63,270 nucleotides of DNA from an uncultured Oscillospiraceae bacterium (lineage in GTDB: Bacteria; Bacillota; Clostridia; Oscillospirales; Oscillospiraceae). Within the stretch, counting starts at the first letter, position 1; the number at the start of each line of letters is the position of its first letter. A program made the position numbers and the translations under genes. Location of the stretch: contig CAYJOS010000001.1 of the NCBI GenBank assembly GCA_964371875.1, positions 1-63,270 on the forward strand, given 5' to 3'. Of the stretch, positions 47,711 through 56,597 are shown in pieces. Under the pieces are notes generated by a model. The model ran no database searches. It was given only the letters and a program-made list of their open reading frames with translations, and had not been told where the DNA came from.

Positions 47711-49295
47711 CGCCTCCGTTCAACCATTGTCTAATCATTTGTGCAGAAATTTCGGGATTTTCGTCGGCAAAAGCACGAACCATGTCACGAATTTCTGTTG
47801 ATTTATCGGGCGGAATATCGCCAAAGCTTGCAAATTCAACTCCATCACCGTTGACAAATCCAGCAATTTCACCTGCTGCGGCTGCTTCTGCTGCGGCGGC
47901 AAGACGTTTTTTCTTGGATCTTTTTGCAAGGATTATTGCTAGTACTATTACTAAAATCAACACAGCCAGACCGATAATTGCTACAAGTGGATTTTCTTGT
48001 ATGTATTCAATCGGAGAAATGTCAATTCCAAGCCCTGAAGAATCACTGCCTGAGCCGTAGAACGGTGCGGCGATAATTGAAATTTTATCCGCTCTGACAT
48101 CTGCTGCTATACCTGTTGCGTTACCGATTAAATCTCTCAAAAGTGATTCGTCGATTATTGTCGCTTCAAAACTGTTGATTGAAACTGCAACAGAAACGTC
48201 TTCAATTGTTGCGCCTTCTTCTTGTTGAGTTTGTTCAATTTCTTGGTTTACGAGATAATCTCTGTCGGCGGCGGTGCTTAAAACGTCGCCACCTGCTGTG
48301 TCTTCGTTGCCATTATATTGAGTTGCCTCTGCGTTTGTTTCAGTTCCGACGACTTCGTTTGCTCCGTCGCCACCTTGAAGAATTTCTGAAGAGGTTGTTT
48401 CGTGTGAAACGATGCCTTCTTTGTCGAATTCGTCTATTTTATCGGGAGTTGTGTATGTTGTGGTTTCTTTAACAGAAGAAGCAGAATTTAGCTTGCCCCA
48501 AACAGAAACTCTAACATTGTCTTCGCCATAAAATGGAATTAAAACATTAATCGCTTTACGTGTTAGCTCGTTTTCCATTTGCCTTAGAGTTTCCTCGGCA
48601 GAAACACCTTCGCCTGTTAACTCGGCTGTGGAAACTTCAAGTCCGTTGCCGTCGATGACAACAACATCTTCCATCAGCATTCCAGCAACACTAGTGGAAA
48701 CAAGGCGTTGTGCAGCTTGCGCTTGCTCTGCTGAGGGCGCTCCACCATCGTTCATTATAATGGTAACGGAAGCACTTGAACCCTCTTTTTCGCTTGCAGG
48801 CGACAAAATATATTGGTCTTCTTCAACTAGGGCGATTGTGACTTTTGCGTCTTTAACTCCGCCCCAAAGTCTGATAGTTGAGCCAATTCTGTCCTGCAAA
48901 TCGTATAGCTCTAGTTGTTGATTTTCAGCATCGGTTGACATGCCACCGGCATTGTCTAGATATGTACCATATGCAAATCCGCTTTTGGGATAGCCCTCAA
49001 AAACTAAAGTTGCACGGGTATTGTCGACAACCTTGCTGTCGACAAGAATATCCCCGTTTTGCAGATATTGATATTCAATTCCCTGTTCTTGGAGTCTTCC
49101 AGTGATTTGTGTTGCCTCGTCAGGTGCAACACCAGCAAACAAAACTTCATAGCTTGTGCGGTTTAGCATGACCGCACCAACAATTGCAAGAACAAGCACC
49201 AAAACAGCACCGCCTATAATAAGACCGAGTGTTTTTTTGCTAAATTTTTGAAGAAATTGTTTGAATTGAGATAACCAAAGTTTAATTTTGTCCAT
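47694..49295 (-). CDS. fliF: Flagellar MS-ring protein FliF
   Basis: At 533 aa it has two TM helices flanking ring-building motifs, and a C-terminal FliG-binding tail. Confidence 0.95.
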   Translation of the reverse strand: MDKIKLWLSQFKQFLQKFSKKTLGLIIGGAVLVLVLAIVGAVMLNRTSYEVLFAGVAPDEATQITGRLQEQGIEYQYLQNGDILVDSKVVDNTRATLVFEGYPKSGFAYGTYLDNAGGMSTDAENQQLELYDLQDRIGSTIRLWGGVKDAKVTIALVEEDQYILSPASEKEGSSASVTIIMNDGGAPSAEQAQAAQRLVSTSVAGMLMEDVVVIDGNGLEVSTAELTGEGVSAEETLRQMENELTRKAINVLIPFYGEDNVRVSVWGKLNSASSVKETTTYTTPDKIDEFDKEGIVSHETTSSEILQGGDGANEVVGTETNAEATQYNGNEDTAGGDVLSTAADRDYLVNQEIEQTQQEEGATIEDVSVAVSINSFEATIIDESLLRDLIGNATGIAADVRADKISIIAAPFYGSGSDSSGLGIDISPIEYIQENPLVAIIGLAVLILVIVLAIILAKRSKKKRLAAAAEAAAAGEIAGFVNGDGVEFASFGDIPPDKSTEIRDMVRAFADENPEISAQMIRQWLNGGDESGT

Positions 49296-49323
49296 AAAAA
49301 ATGCCTAACCTTCTCAGTTTAAA

Positions 49324-49626
49324 TCAAAGACCAATTCTTATCAGTTCATTATAAGCTTCTAGAGCTTTATTTCTTAACTGAACTAACATATCAACAGATA
49401 ATTGAGCTTCGGAAGCGGCGATAGTCACGGTGTGTGCGTCGTCTAGCTGTCCTGTTGCGAGCAAATATTGTTTGTGTTCTAAGTTTTTTTGAGTTTCGGT
49501 TACGTCATCAATAGCGTTTTGAAAAATATTAGCAAAAATTCCGCTGTCATCATTTGTAATATTGGTTTCTTTCATTTGAGAAAAAGTCTGTAGTCTGTCA
49601 ATTGGAGCGATAAAACCATTATTCAT
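49324..49626 (-). CDS. fliE: Flagellar hook-basal body protein FliE
   Basis: It is 100 aa, and the C-terminal VQLRNKALEAYNELIRI is typical. Confidence 0.85.
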   Translation of the reverse strand: MNNGFIAPIDRLQTFSQMKETNITNDDSGIFANIFQNAIDDVTETQKNLEHKQYLLATGQLDDAHTVTIAASEAQLSVDMLVQLRNKALEAYNELIRIGL

Positions 49627-49660
49627 AATCGTCCATACCTTTCGATTTTTTTATTTATAA

Positions 49661-50041
49661 CTAACCTTTGATAGCTGTGCTCAATCTGTTTATGTCGCTA
49701 CTGATTGAATCTAGAGCATATCTGTACTGAAAAGAAGTTCTGGTGAGCTCAATCATTTCGACTTCAACGTTGACATTGTTTCCGTCAAGGCGAAGTCCTT
49801 CGTTTTGGGAAGTGTGAACTTTTGCAAAAGATTTGTCTATTGCATCTTTAAAGCTATCACCGCCCATGTTTAAAGCGGCGTCTAGTTCTTTTCTGAACTC
49901 TTCTTCAAAAGTTACGTATTGGGCTTTATAGCCAACAGTGTCATTATTTGCAATATTGTTTGAAGTCACACCTTGGCGTAACCAGAGGTAATCGAGTGAC
50001 TTGTTAAGCATATTTATAGAATTTCCATATATAGTATTCAT
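49661..50041 (-). CDS. flgB: Flagellar proximal rod protein FlgB, the first gene of the operon
   Basis: The motifs LRQGVTSNNIANNDTVGYK and a C-terminal rod heptad are present. Confidence 0.9.
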   Translation of the reverse strand: MNTIYGNSINMLNKSLDYLWLRQGVTSNNIANNDTVGYKAQYVTFEEEFRKELDAALNMGGDSFKDAIDKSFAKVHTSQNEGLRLDGNNVNVEVEMIELTRTSFQYRYALDSISSDINRLSTAIKG

Positions 50042-50087
50042 ATTTTACCCTCGTTTACATAATATTACTTAAAACATAATTTACTTT

Positions 50088-50116
50088 ATTATACATCCAA
50101 TTAGAATTTTTTTCAA
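50088..50116 (-). promoter_or_regulatory. Consensus sigma-A promoter of the fla/che operon
   Basis: On the minus strand: TTGAAA (50111-50116), a 17-nt spacer and TATAAT (50088-50093). It lies about 45 nt upstream of the flgB ATG. Confidence 0.7.
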
Positions 50117-50214
50117 CATTTTTTTGCAAATTTCGACAATAAGTGCATAATTACTCAAAAAAAATAATTTATAATCATAAAAATAATATTTTTGAACAAT
50201 TTTTAAACAAAGCA

Positions 50215-50243
50215 TTGAAAATTTTTTCAATTTACTGTATAAT
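50215..50243 (+). promoter_or_regulatory. Sigma-A promoter of the PilZ gene, divergent from the fla promoter
   Basis: TTGAAA (50215-50220), a 17-nt spacer and TATAAT (50238-50243). Confidence 0.65.
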
Positions 50244-50284
50244 ATTTGTGCGAACTTATTTATGTAAGCAATGGAGTGAAAAAC

Positions 50285-50965
50285 ATGAGTTTAAAATTGT
50301 GTAGCAAAGCTGCGATATACGACAACGATGGTGATACCATTCTTTGTCAGGCAAGCGTTAGGGATGTAGATGGAAATACTGCAACCCTTGTTTTTGATGA
50401 AAATGATATAGAAATACTCGAATCAGAAATGATAATTACATTTTATGATGATGTTTTGGGTTTGATTACATACAATTGTCAACTTGCGGCAGGAAAAAAG
50501 TTTATAGACAAAGACAGAAAATATAAACAAGCACTTAAATGCGTACTTGGAGAGCAATTGTCCGTTCTTCAAAGAAGGTCTGACATTAAAGTTCATGTCG
50601 ACATTCCTGTCAGATTGCTAATTCCGCCAACTGTTGAACTGCCGCCCGAATTTTCCGAAGGTGAAAAACATAGGGGGGCAACGATTGTTGTGGGCACAGC
50701 CTTTGACCTAAGCGCCGGAGGACTGTTTCTACACACCTTGTGCGACATCCCTGAGGAGAGCAGCTTTAGTATTTTGTTGCCTGTTTCGTCCGACAAGGCG
50801 ATTGAGCTTGACGTGACTATGCTTAGAAAAGTGCCACCTGAAGAAAATGCTGAAAATAAAAATTTTGGCTATGGCTGCAAATTTGTCAATATGAGTTCAA
50901 GCACAGAAACAACCATACGTAGCTTTGTCTTTAGACAGCAAATGTTAAATCGTAAAATGAGATAA
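50285..50965 (+). CDS. PilZ-domain protein (YcgR/MotI-like candidate c-di-GMP receptor)
   Basis: The ATG is at 50285. The PilZ motifs are QRRSDIK (the second Arg of RxxxR is replaced by Lys) and DLSAGG (DxSxxG). The length is 227 aa. Confidence 0.75.
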   Translation: MSLKLCSKAAIYDNDGDTILCQASVRDVDGNTATLVFDENDIEILESEMIITFYDDVLGLITYNCQLAAGKKFIDKDRKYKQALKCVLGEQLSVLQRRSDIKVHVDIPVRLLIPPTVELPPEFSEGEKHRGATIVVGTAFDLSAGGLFLHTLCDIPEESSFSILLPVSSDKAIELDVTMLRKVPPEENAENKNFGYGCKFVNMSSSTETTIRSFVFRQQMLNRKMR

Positions 50966-50974
50966 AATGAGATT

Positions 50975-51014
50975 AAAAAAGTCAAAAATCCAAACTGGAT
51001 TTTTGACTTTTTTT
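50975..51014. terminator. Bidirectional terminator between the PilZ gene and the ylqH-like gene
   Basis: gtcaaaaatcca (50981-50992) pairs with tggatttttgac (50996-51007). A-runs and T-runs flank the hairpin. Confidence 0.8.
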
Positions 51015-51022
51015 ATTCAAAT

Positions 51023-51364
51023 CTATTCAGCCTCAACTACCTCAGCTGTTCCGGTTTCTTCAAGAATTTCGGCTTTGGTTTCGTCAATCAATCCTGAGGG
51101 TTTGTAGTTTAGGAAGTAGATATAAATATCGACTATCGCACGGTAAAGTTCTTCAGGAATTTCAGAGCCGAGTTTTAACTGAGTGAGCATGGTTGCAAGT
51201 GAGTTGTCTTCATAGACAGGAATGGAATTTTCCCTTGCGACTTCGACAATTTTCTCCGCAAGATATCCCATGCCAGAGGCAACTATAATCGGTGCGGCTT
51301 TGCCTGCTTCGTCATAGGAAAGCGCAACCGCCTTTTGGTTTAAAATTTCATTAAATTGAGACAT
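51023..51364 (-). CDS. Soluble paralog of the FlhB C-terminal domain (YlqH-like)
   Basis: KAVALSYDEAGKAAPIIVASGMGYLAEKIVEVARENSIPVYEDNSLATML...IPEELYRAIVDI aligns with the post-NPTH part of FlhB at 32377..33438. It has no TM region. Confidence 0.8.
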   Translation of the reverse strand: MSQFNEILNQKAVALSYDEAGKAAPIIVASGMGYLAEKIVEVARENSIPVYEDNSLATMLTQLKLGSEIPEELYRAIVDIYIYFLNYKPSGLIDETKAEILEETGTAEVVEAE

Positions 51365-52784
51365 TTACAGAGTTTTTCCTTTCAAAAATTTGTGGAAATG
51401 CAGTGGAAATTGGAATTGAACGCTTGTCGGTTTCTATAAAAAGTTCATCGGTTTTGATGTTATTTAAAGCCAAAATTCTGGAAATTTCATCTCGAATTAT
51501 GCCTATATCTTTTTCCAATTCCTCGGGGCAATTTAGCTGTAATTTTATGCTTTCGTTTGTGTATAAAAAGTATAAATCAAAAAATCCAACCTCTTGAATG
51601 TCGAATTTTATAAGACCTTGCAAAGTCTTTTCTTTGCCGTTTTTGTCCTTATTTCCCTCGGCGTCGGGGTCTATCCACATCTCGGAAAACATCAGTCTTT
51701 CGCCAACTTGTAGTGGTAACATCAAGTGCAAAACAGGCATATAAACGCTTTCGTTTAGTAGTATAGACTGCATTAAATTTCTGAAAACCATTTTGTTTTC
51801 AAGCCCTGCTTCGCCTGAAGCTCCGTTACGGATTAGCTCTATCATGCTGTCTGCCCACTCTTGTTGGTTTGCGGTTTTTTTATAGTCAGTTCCTTCCAAA
51901 ACTTGAAGCAAAACTGAGGTGTCGAAGTTTTTAAATTCCTGTTGCATGGCTTGATATTTCATGAGATTTTCAAAGGCCATAACAACACGGTCAGCAGAGC
52001 CGTTTTCACATCTTGCCATCAAAGTTGCAAGTGCAGCCGTGAGGTCACGAAGGTTTCCTCTGTTGTTGTTTCGGGTTATGTAATTATTCAGGAAGGGCAA
52101 AATTTCACCTTTGAAAACAGTGATATTTTCAGCCATACCCTCTCCCCTGCTACCTATATTATAATTGAGTTTTGTCAGCAGAGTATGGAAACCCTCCTTT
52201 GAAGATTGGAGCAAGTTTTTGTCAATTTGGTTTAACAAATCCGAAGCTGTGTTCATAAGGTGCGAACTCTCGCTCATATCGGTGTATCTTCGCAGAAAAT
52301 CCAAAATTCCCGTTTTGAGTTCAACTGAAGTTGTGTTTTCAAGTACTTGATTTAGTAAGGTGAAAAATGAACCTGTGAATTTTAAAGATGCGTTGGCTTG
52401 GTTTTGGACATAGTTTAAAACGTCAGCTTCGCCCATGCCTATCATTTCAAAAAATTGGGCAATTTGCTCTGCAAAATTATTTCCAACACCTGATTCAACT
52501 ATAGAGCCGAATTTTTGGAAAAATAATTTTGAAAATTCTTCGGTCATATTCGGGAGCATTTTTGTCTGCTGTACAAAATTTTCAAAGTTTGAGTCATATC
52601 GGAATTTTAGCCCAACCCCATTATCTTGCGGTGCTGAATCGCTTCGAGCGTCAGGTTTTGAAACCTTATCGGGCGTTATCGGCGCTTGAATTGCGGGGTC
52701 TGTGGTCTTCACGGGCCCTGTTTTCACATGATTTGCATTATCAAAACCACTTATAGGGGTGGTAACTTTTAATATATTAGACAT
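51351..52784 (-). CDS. Hypothetical 477-aa protein translationally coupled to the FlhB-C paralog (YlqG-like position)
   Basis: The ORF is long and uninterrupted and overlaps the downstream gene by 14 nt. The N-terminus is disordered. I recognised no catalytic motif. Confidence 0.6.
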   Translation of the reverse strand: MSNILKVTTPISGFDNANHVKTGPVKTTDPAIQAPITPDKVSKPDARSDSAPQDNGVGLKFRYDSNFENFVQQTKMLPNMTEEFSKLFFQKFGSIVESGVGNNFAEQIAQFFEMIGMGEADVLNYVQNQANASLKFTGSFFTLLNQVLENTTSVELKTGILDFLRRYTDMSESSHLMNTASDLLNQIDKNLLQSSKEGFHTLLTKLNYNIGSRGEGMAENITVFKGEILPFLNNYITRNNNRGNLRDLTAALATLMARCENGSADRVVMAFENLMKYQAMQQEFKNFDTSVLLQVLEGTDYKKTANQQEWADSMIELIRNGASGEAGLENKMVFRNLMQSILLNESVYMPVLHLMLPLQVGERLMFSEMWIDPDAEGNKDKNGKEKTLQGLIKFDIQEVGFFDLYFLYTNESIKLQLNCPEELEKDIGIIRDEISRILALNNIKTDELFIETDKRSIPISTAFPQIFERKNSVNVSI

Positions 52785-52961
52785 TTTTTCACCTACTACA
52801 AAAATTATTGTTTCATTTTATAAAAGTTTATGGTATAGTTAAGTAGACATATTTTAAAAGTGTAAATTCGACATTTTTAAAATCATCATATATACTTTAA
52901 CATATCACGAGATATGTTGCAATCTATTTTGTATTCTAATCATAAGGTGGTGCCAATTTAA

Positions 52962-55106
52962 ATGAGCAATATAAATGATAGCTTATTTGAAGCGTATTTG
53001 TTCGAAACAAATTCTCTACTCGAAAAACTGGACGAACTTCTTCTTGAAGCGGAGAGTTCTGGGGACTTGAGTGAAGATGCCGTCAACGAAATCTTCCGAA
53101 GCATGCATACAATCAAAGGTTCTTCTGCTATGATGGAGTTTAAACCTCTTATGGAAATTGCTCATCATGTTGAAGATCTGTTCTTTGCAATTCGTGAAAA
53201 TGGCATGGGAGATTTTAGTCAAGAGAAAAAAGGTGAACTTTTTAACTTGCTATTCAAATGCAATGATAGGCTGAAAGAAGACGTTTTAAAAGTTGAAAAT
53301 GGAGAAGAGCTAAGTGACAACATTGCCGATTTTATTGAAGAAATCGACTCTTTCTTAAAGTCGACAAAAGACGAACCTGCAAAACCCGCTCCTGCACCTG
53401 TTGAAAACAAAGCTCCCGAAAGCGGAAATGCTGAAGTAACACGAGTTGTTGAAGTTGACCCTGAAGCACTCGTTGGTTTTACTTCTGAAATTGACGCACC
53501 AGAGCATCCATATTATCTTCATATCTTTTTTGATGATGACTGCGGAATGGAAAACCTTAGGGCTTTTATAATCGTTACTGCATTAAAAGAAGCCGAAATG
53601 GAGTTTTTATTTTCACCACCTGACATTGAAACAAATTCGGAAACTTCCGAAAAAATTGTCAATGATGGATTTTATGTTTTCTTCAAAACAGATGATGAAA
53701 TCGAAAAAGCAATACAAGCTATTGCTTCAATGGCAAACATCAAATCTTATGAAGTTTTGATGAATCCAAAGTATATCGACCCTGAAGCGGAAAAAGAAGC
53801 GGCGGCAGCTGCAGCGGCTGAAAAAGAAGCCGAGGCAGAAGTTGAAGTTGAAGAAAAACCAATTCAAAAAGCCGAGCCTAAAGCCGAAGTTTCAAAACAA
53901 ATCAAAGCTTTAAGTAATACAAAACAAAGCCTTATCAGCGTTAGCCTTTCAAAACTTGATAAACTTATGGCGCTAGTCGGAGAAATTGTTATCACCGAAT
54001 CTATGGTGGCATCATCTCCCGAGCTAAAAGGCGTAAAGCTTGATAATTTCCTTAAATCTACAAGACAGCTCAGAAAATTAACCGATGACTTGCAAGATAT
54101 TGCCATGTCACTTCGAATGGTTTCTGTTTCTGCTGTTTTCCAAAAAATGAACCGTATTGTTAGAGATATGACAAAATCTCTAAACAAAGACGTTGCACTT
54201 ACGATTATTGGTGAGGACACTGAGGTTGACAAAACTATTGTCGACTGCATTGCCGACCCCATTATGCATATAGTACGAAATGCCATGGATCACGGCATTG
54301 AAAAAACTGCCCAAGAAAGAATTGACAAAGGTAAAAACCCTCAAGGCGCTATTGTTCTGTCTGCTGAACACACAGGCAGTGAAGTTATCATCAAAATTTC
54401 AAACGATGGTAGTGAAATGGATGCAGAGAGAATTTTGGCTAAGGCAAACAAAAAAGGTCTTCTTTCAAAACCACCTGAAGAATATACTCGCAAGGAAGCT
54501 TTGTCGCTTCTCATGCTTCCAGGTTTTTCAACGAACTCACAAGTCACTGAATATTCAGGCAGAGGCGTGGGACTTGACGTTGTTAAGAAAAATGTTGAGT
54601 CAATCGGCGGAACAGTCACAATCACAAACGACCCTGGTGATGTCTGCTGCTTCACTTTGAAAATTCCGCTAACACTTGCAATTGTTGACGGTATGGAAAT
54701 TTCTGTCGGCGGAGAAGCTTTCACAATTCCGATTGCAAATATCAGGCAGTCATTCAAAGCTGATGACTCCGATATTTTATTCGACGCTTCAGGAAATGAA
54801 ATCATCTCATGGCAAGGCGAATTTTTCCCTGTTGTCAGACTGTATGATGCACTTCAAATCCCAGCGGAGTCAACAAAAATTGCTGATGGTATCTTGATTT
54901 TGGTTGAAGCAAATGAAAAACCATACTGCCTATTTGTTGACAAACTTCACGGCGAGCAACAGGTTGTTGTTAAGCCACTCCCCTCATATTTAAATGCTTA
55001 CAATATCAAAAATTCCGGTATTAGTGGTTGCACAATTTTGGGTAACGGTAATATCAGCATCATCCTTGATATTGGCAATCTATATACTTCAACTCAAAGA
55101 CCATAA
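52962..55106 (+). CDS. cheA: Chemotaxis histidine kinase CheA
   Basis: The HPt site is FRSMHTIKGSSAMM. The HATPase motifs are HIVRNAMDHGIE and GRGVGLDVV. The C-terminal domain is CheW-like. Confidence 0.95.
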   Translation: MSNINDSLFEAYLFETNSLLEKLDELLLEAESSGDLSEDAVNEIFRSMHTIKGSSAMMEFKPLMEIAHHVEDLFFAIRENGMGDFSQEKKGELFNLLFKCNDRLKEDVLKVENGEELSDNIADFIEEIDSFLKSTKDEPAKPAPAPVENKAPESGNAEVTRVVEVDPEALVGFTSEIDAPEHPYYLHIFFDDDCGMENLRAFIIVTALKEAEMEFLFSPPDIETNSETSEKIVNDGFYVFFKTDDEIEKAIQAIASMANIKSYEVLMNPKYIDPEAEKEAAAAAAAEKEAEAEVEVEEKPIQKAEPKAEVSKQIKALSNTKQSLISVSLSKLDKLMALVGEIVITESMVASSPELKGVKLDNFLKSTRQLRKLTDDLQDIAMSLRMVSVSAVFQKMNRIVRDMTKSLNKDVALTIIGEDTEVDKTIVDCIADPIMHIVRNAMDHGIEKTAQERIDKGKNPQGAIVLSAEHTGSEVIIKISNDGSEMDAERILAKANKKGLLSKPPEEYTRKEALSLLMLPGFSTNSQVTEYSGRGVGLDVVKKNVESIGGTVTITNDPGDVCCFTLKIPLTLAIVDGMEISVGGEAFTIPIANIRQSFKADDSDILFDASGNEIISWQGEFFPVVRLYDALQIPAESTKIADGILILVEANEKPYCLFVDKLHGEQQVVVKPLPSYLNAYNIKNSGISGCTILGNGNISIILDIGNLYTSTQRP

Positions 55107-55120
55107 TAGGAGGTGCAGTT

Positions 55121-55621
55121 ATGACAGATTTTGATTTTGACAACAATGAAATTGAATTTGACAGCGATAATGAAGCTCTAATTCAAGACTATGTCCCCAA
55201 GGACATTAAAAGCTACCTAACCTTTAAATCAGACGATGTGGTTATGGGTGTTCGTGCAGAAACTGTAATTGAAATAATTGCAAACTACATGATACGTCCT
55301 GTTCCGAAATTGCCTGAATTTATCAAAGGTGTTATAAATTTACGTGGACAAGTGCTTCCTGTAATTGACATGCGTTTACGCATGAACAAATCAGAAACCG
55401 TGTCTACCTCCGAAACTTGCGTCGTAATTTTGGACATAGACGGAACAGAAGTTGGGCTTATAGTCGACTCGGTTTTGCAAGTTCAAAGTGTCGATATGAA
55501 CAAAGTTTCCCCTGTTCCTGTGAAAAATGGTGATGCACTAGCAGACACTATGATTAGACTGTCTGAAGACTGCGTTGCACTTCTTCTCAATTGCCCTGCA
55601 ATCATTGCAAACGTATATTAA
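55121..55621 (+). CDS. cheW: Chemotaxis coupling protein CheW
   Basis: It is a 166-aa CheW-like domain (VINLRGQVLPVIDMR). Confidence 0.9.
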   Translation: MTDFDFDNNEIEFDSDNEALIQDYVPKDIKSYLTFKSDDVVMGVRAETVIEIIANYMIRPVPKLPEFIKGVINLRGQVLPVIDMRLRMNKSETVSTSETCVVILDIDGTEVGLIVDSVLQVQSVDMNKVSPVPVKNGDALADTMIRLSEDCVALLLNCPAIIANVY

Positions 55622-55634
55622 TGGAGGTGGCTAA

Positions 55635-56447
55635 GTGCTAACCCTTACGCAAGAAGATTATCTCAGGCTTGTTAAGTTTATGCGTACAAATTACGGCATA
55701 AATTTGGAGCGAAAAAAGGAACTTATCCAGAGTAGATTGTCAGATATAATCGCTTCAATGGGATATACTTCCTTTAAAGACTATGTAAAGCATATAGAAA
55801 CAAGCAAAGACCAAAACGAAATTGAGATTATCGTCAATGCCCTTACCACAAATTACACATATTTTATGCGTGAAAACACCCATTTTGACCATTTTAGGGA
55901 CGTAATTCTCCCAGATTTGGAAAAAAAGAAAAAGGACAAAGTTTTAAGTATATGGAGCGCAGGTTGCTCTTCGGGTGAAGAACCATACACGCTTTCCATG
56001 CTTATAATGGATCATTTTGGCGAAAAAGCCAAGCAGTGGGACACGAGAATTTTAGCTACTGACATTTCCGAAAAAGCTTTGCAAAAGGCTTTAATTGGAA
56101 AATATAAGGAAGAGTCAATCTCAAAAGTTCCTGAAAGCTGGAAAACGAAATATTTCGGCAAACCCGACAAATTGGGCGACTGCCAAGTTTCCGACCAAAT
56201 TCGTGCAAATGTCATCTACAAAACTTTTAATTTAATGGATAGAATACAATTTAAATTAAAATTTGATGTTATTTTCTGCCGAAATGTCATGATTTATTTC
56301 GACAGAGATACTCAAAAAGCACTAACCAAAAGGTTTTACGATGCGACAAACAGTGGCGGATATCTGTTCATTGGGCACTCTGAAAACCTTGTGGATAATG
56401 AAATGGGATATAATTATATCATGCCGGCGGCATACAGAAAAAATTAA
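55635..56447 (+). CDS. cheR: Chemotaxis methyltransferase CheR
   Basis: The GTG start follows GGAGGTGG. The SAM motif is IWSAGCSSGEEPY, and FCRNVMIYF is present. Confidence 0.9.
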   Translation: MLTLTQEDYLRLVKFMRTNYGINLERKKELIQSRLSDIIASMGYTSFKDYVKHIETSKDQNEIEIIVNALTTNYTYFMRENTHFDHFRDVILPDLEKKKKDKVLSIWSAGCSSGEEPYTLSMLIMDHFGEKAKQWDTRILATDISEKALQKALIGKYKEESISKVPESWKTKYFGKPDKLGDCQVSDQIRANVIYKTFNLMDRIQFKLKFDVIFCRNVMIYFDRDTQKALTKRFYDATNSGGYLFIGHSENLVDNEMGYNYIMPAAYRKN

Positions 56448-56469
56448 TAAAAAAATTTTAAATTTTTAC

Positions 56470-56496
56470 TTAAGTAATTAATTTAACCGCCGATAT
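56470..56496 (+). promoter_or_regulatory. Sigma-28 (SigD/FliA) promoter of the flagellin gene
   Basis: The -10 is an exact GCCGATAT at 56489-56496. The -35-like element is TTAA/TAAG at 56470-56474, with a 14-15-nt spacer. Confidence 0.8.
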
Positions 56497-56557
56497 ATCT
56501 AAGTGAACATGAAACAGTGTTGCGCGCCACGGTTTCTTGTAATACAATTTAAAAAAG

Positions 56558-56590
56558 AGAGCAAGGATGCTCTTTAAAATTCAAGGAGGA
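56558..56590 (+). promoter_or_regulatory. Flagellin 5'-UTR hairpin with a GGA loop plus a GGA-containing SD, which look like CsrA-type binding sites
   Basis: The stem agagc/gctct (56558-56573) presents AAGGAU in its loop. The SD is AAGGAGGA at 56583-56590. The layout mirrors the B. subtilis hag leader. Confidence 0.55.
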
Positions 56591-56597
56591 AAATTCA

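Noticed and set aside
50042-50116. A possible c-di-GMP riboswitch or invertible flagellar switch upstream of flgB, as in Clostridioides difficile.
   Set aside because: The consensus promoter lies only about 45 nt from the flgB ATG. That leaves no room for a riboswitch, and no flanking inverted repeats are present.
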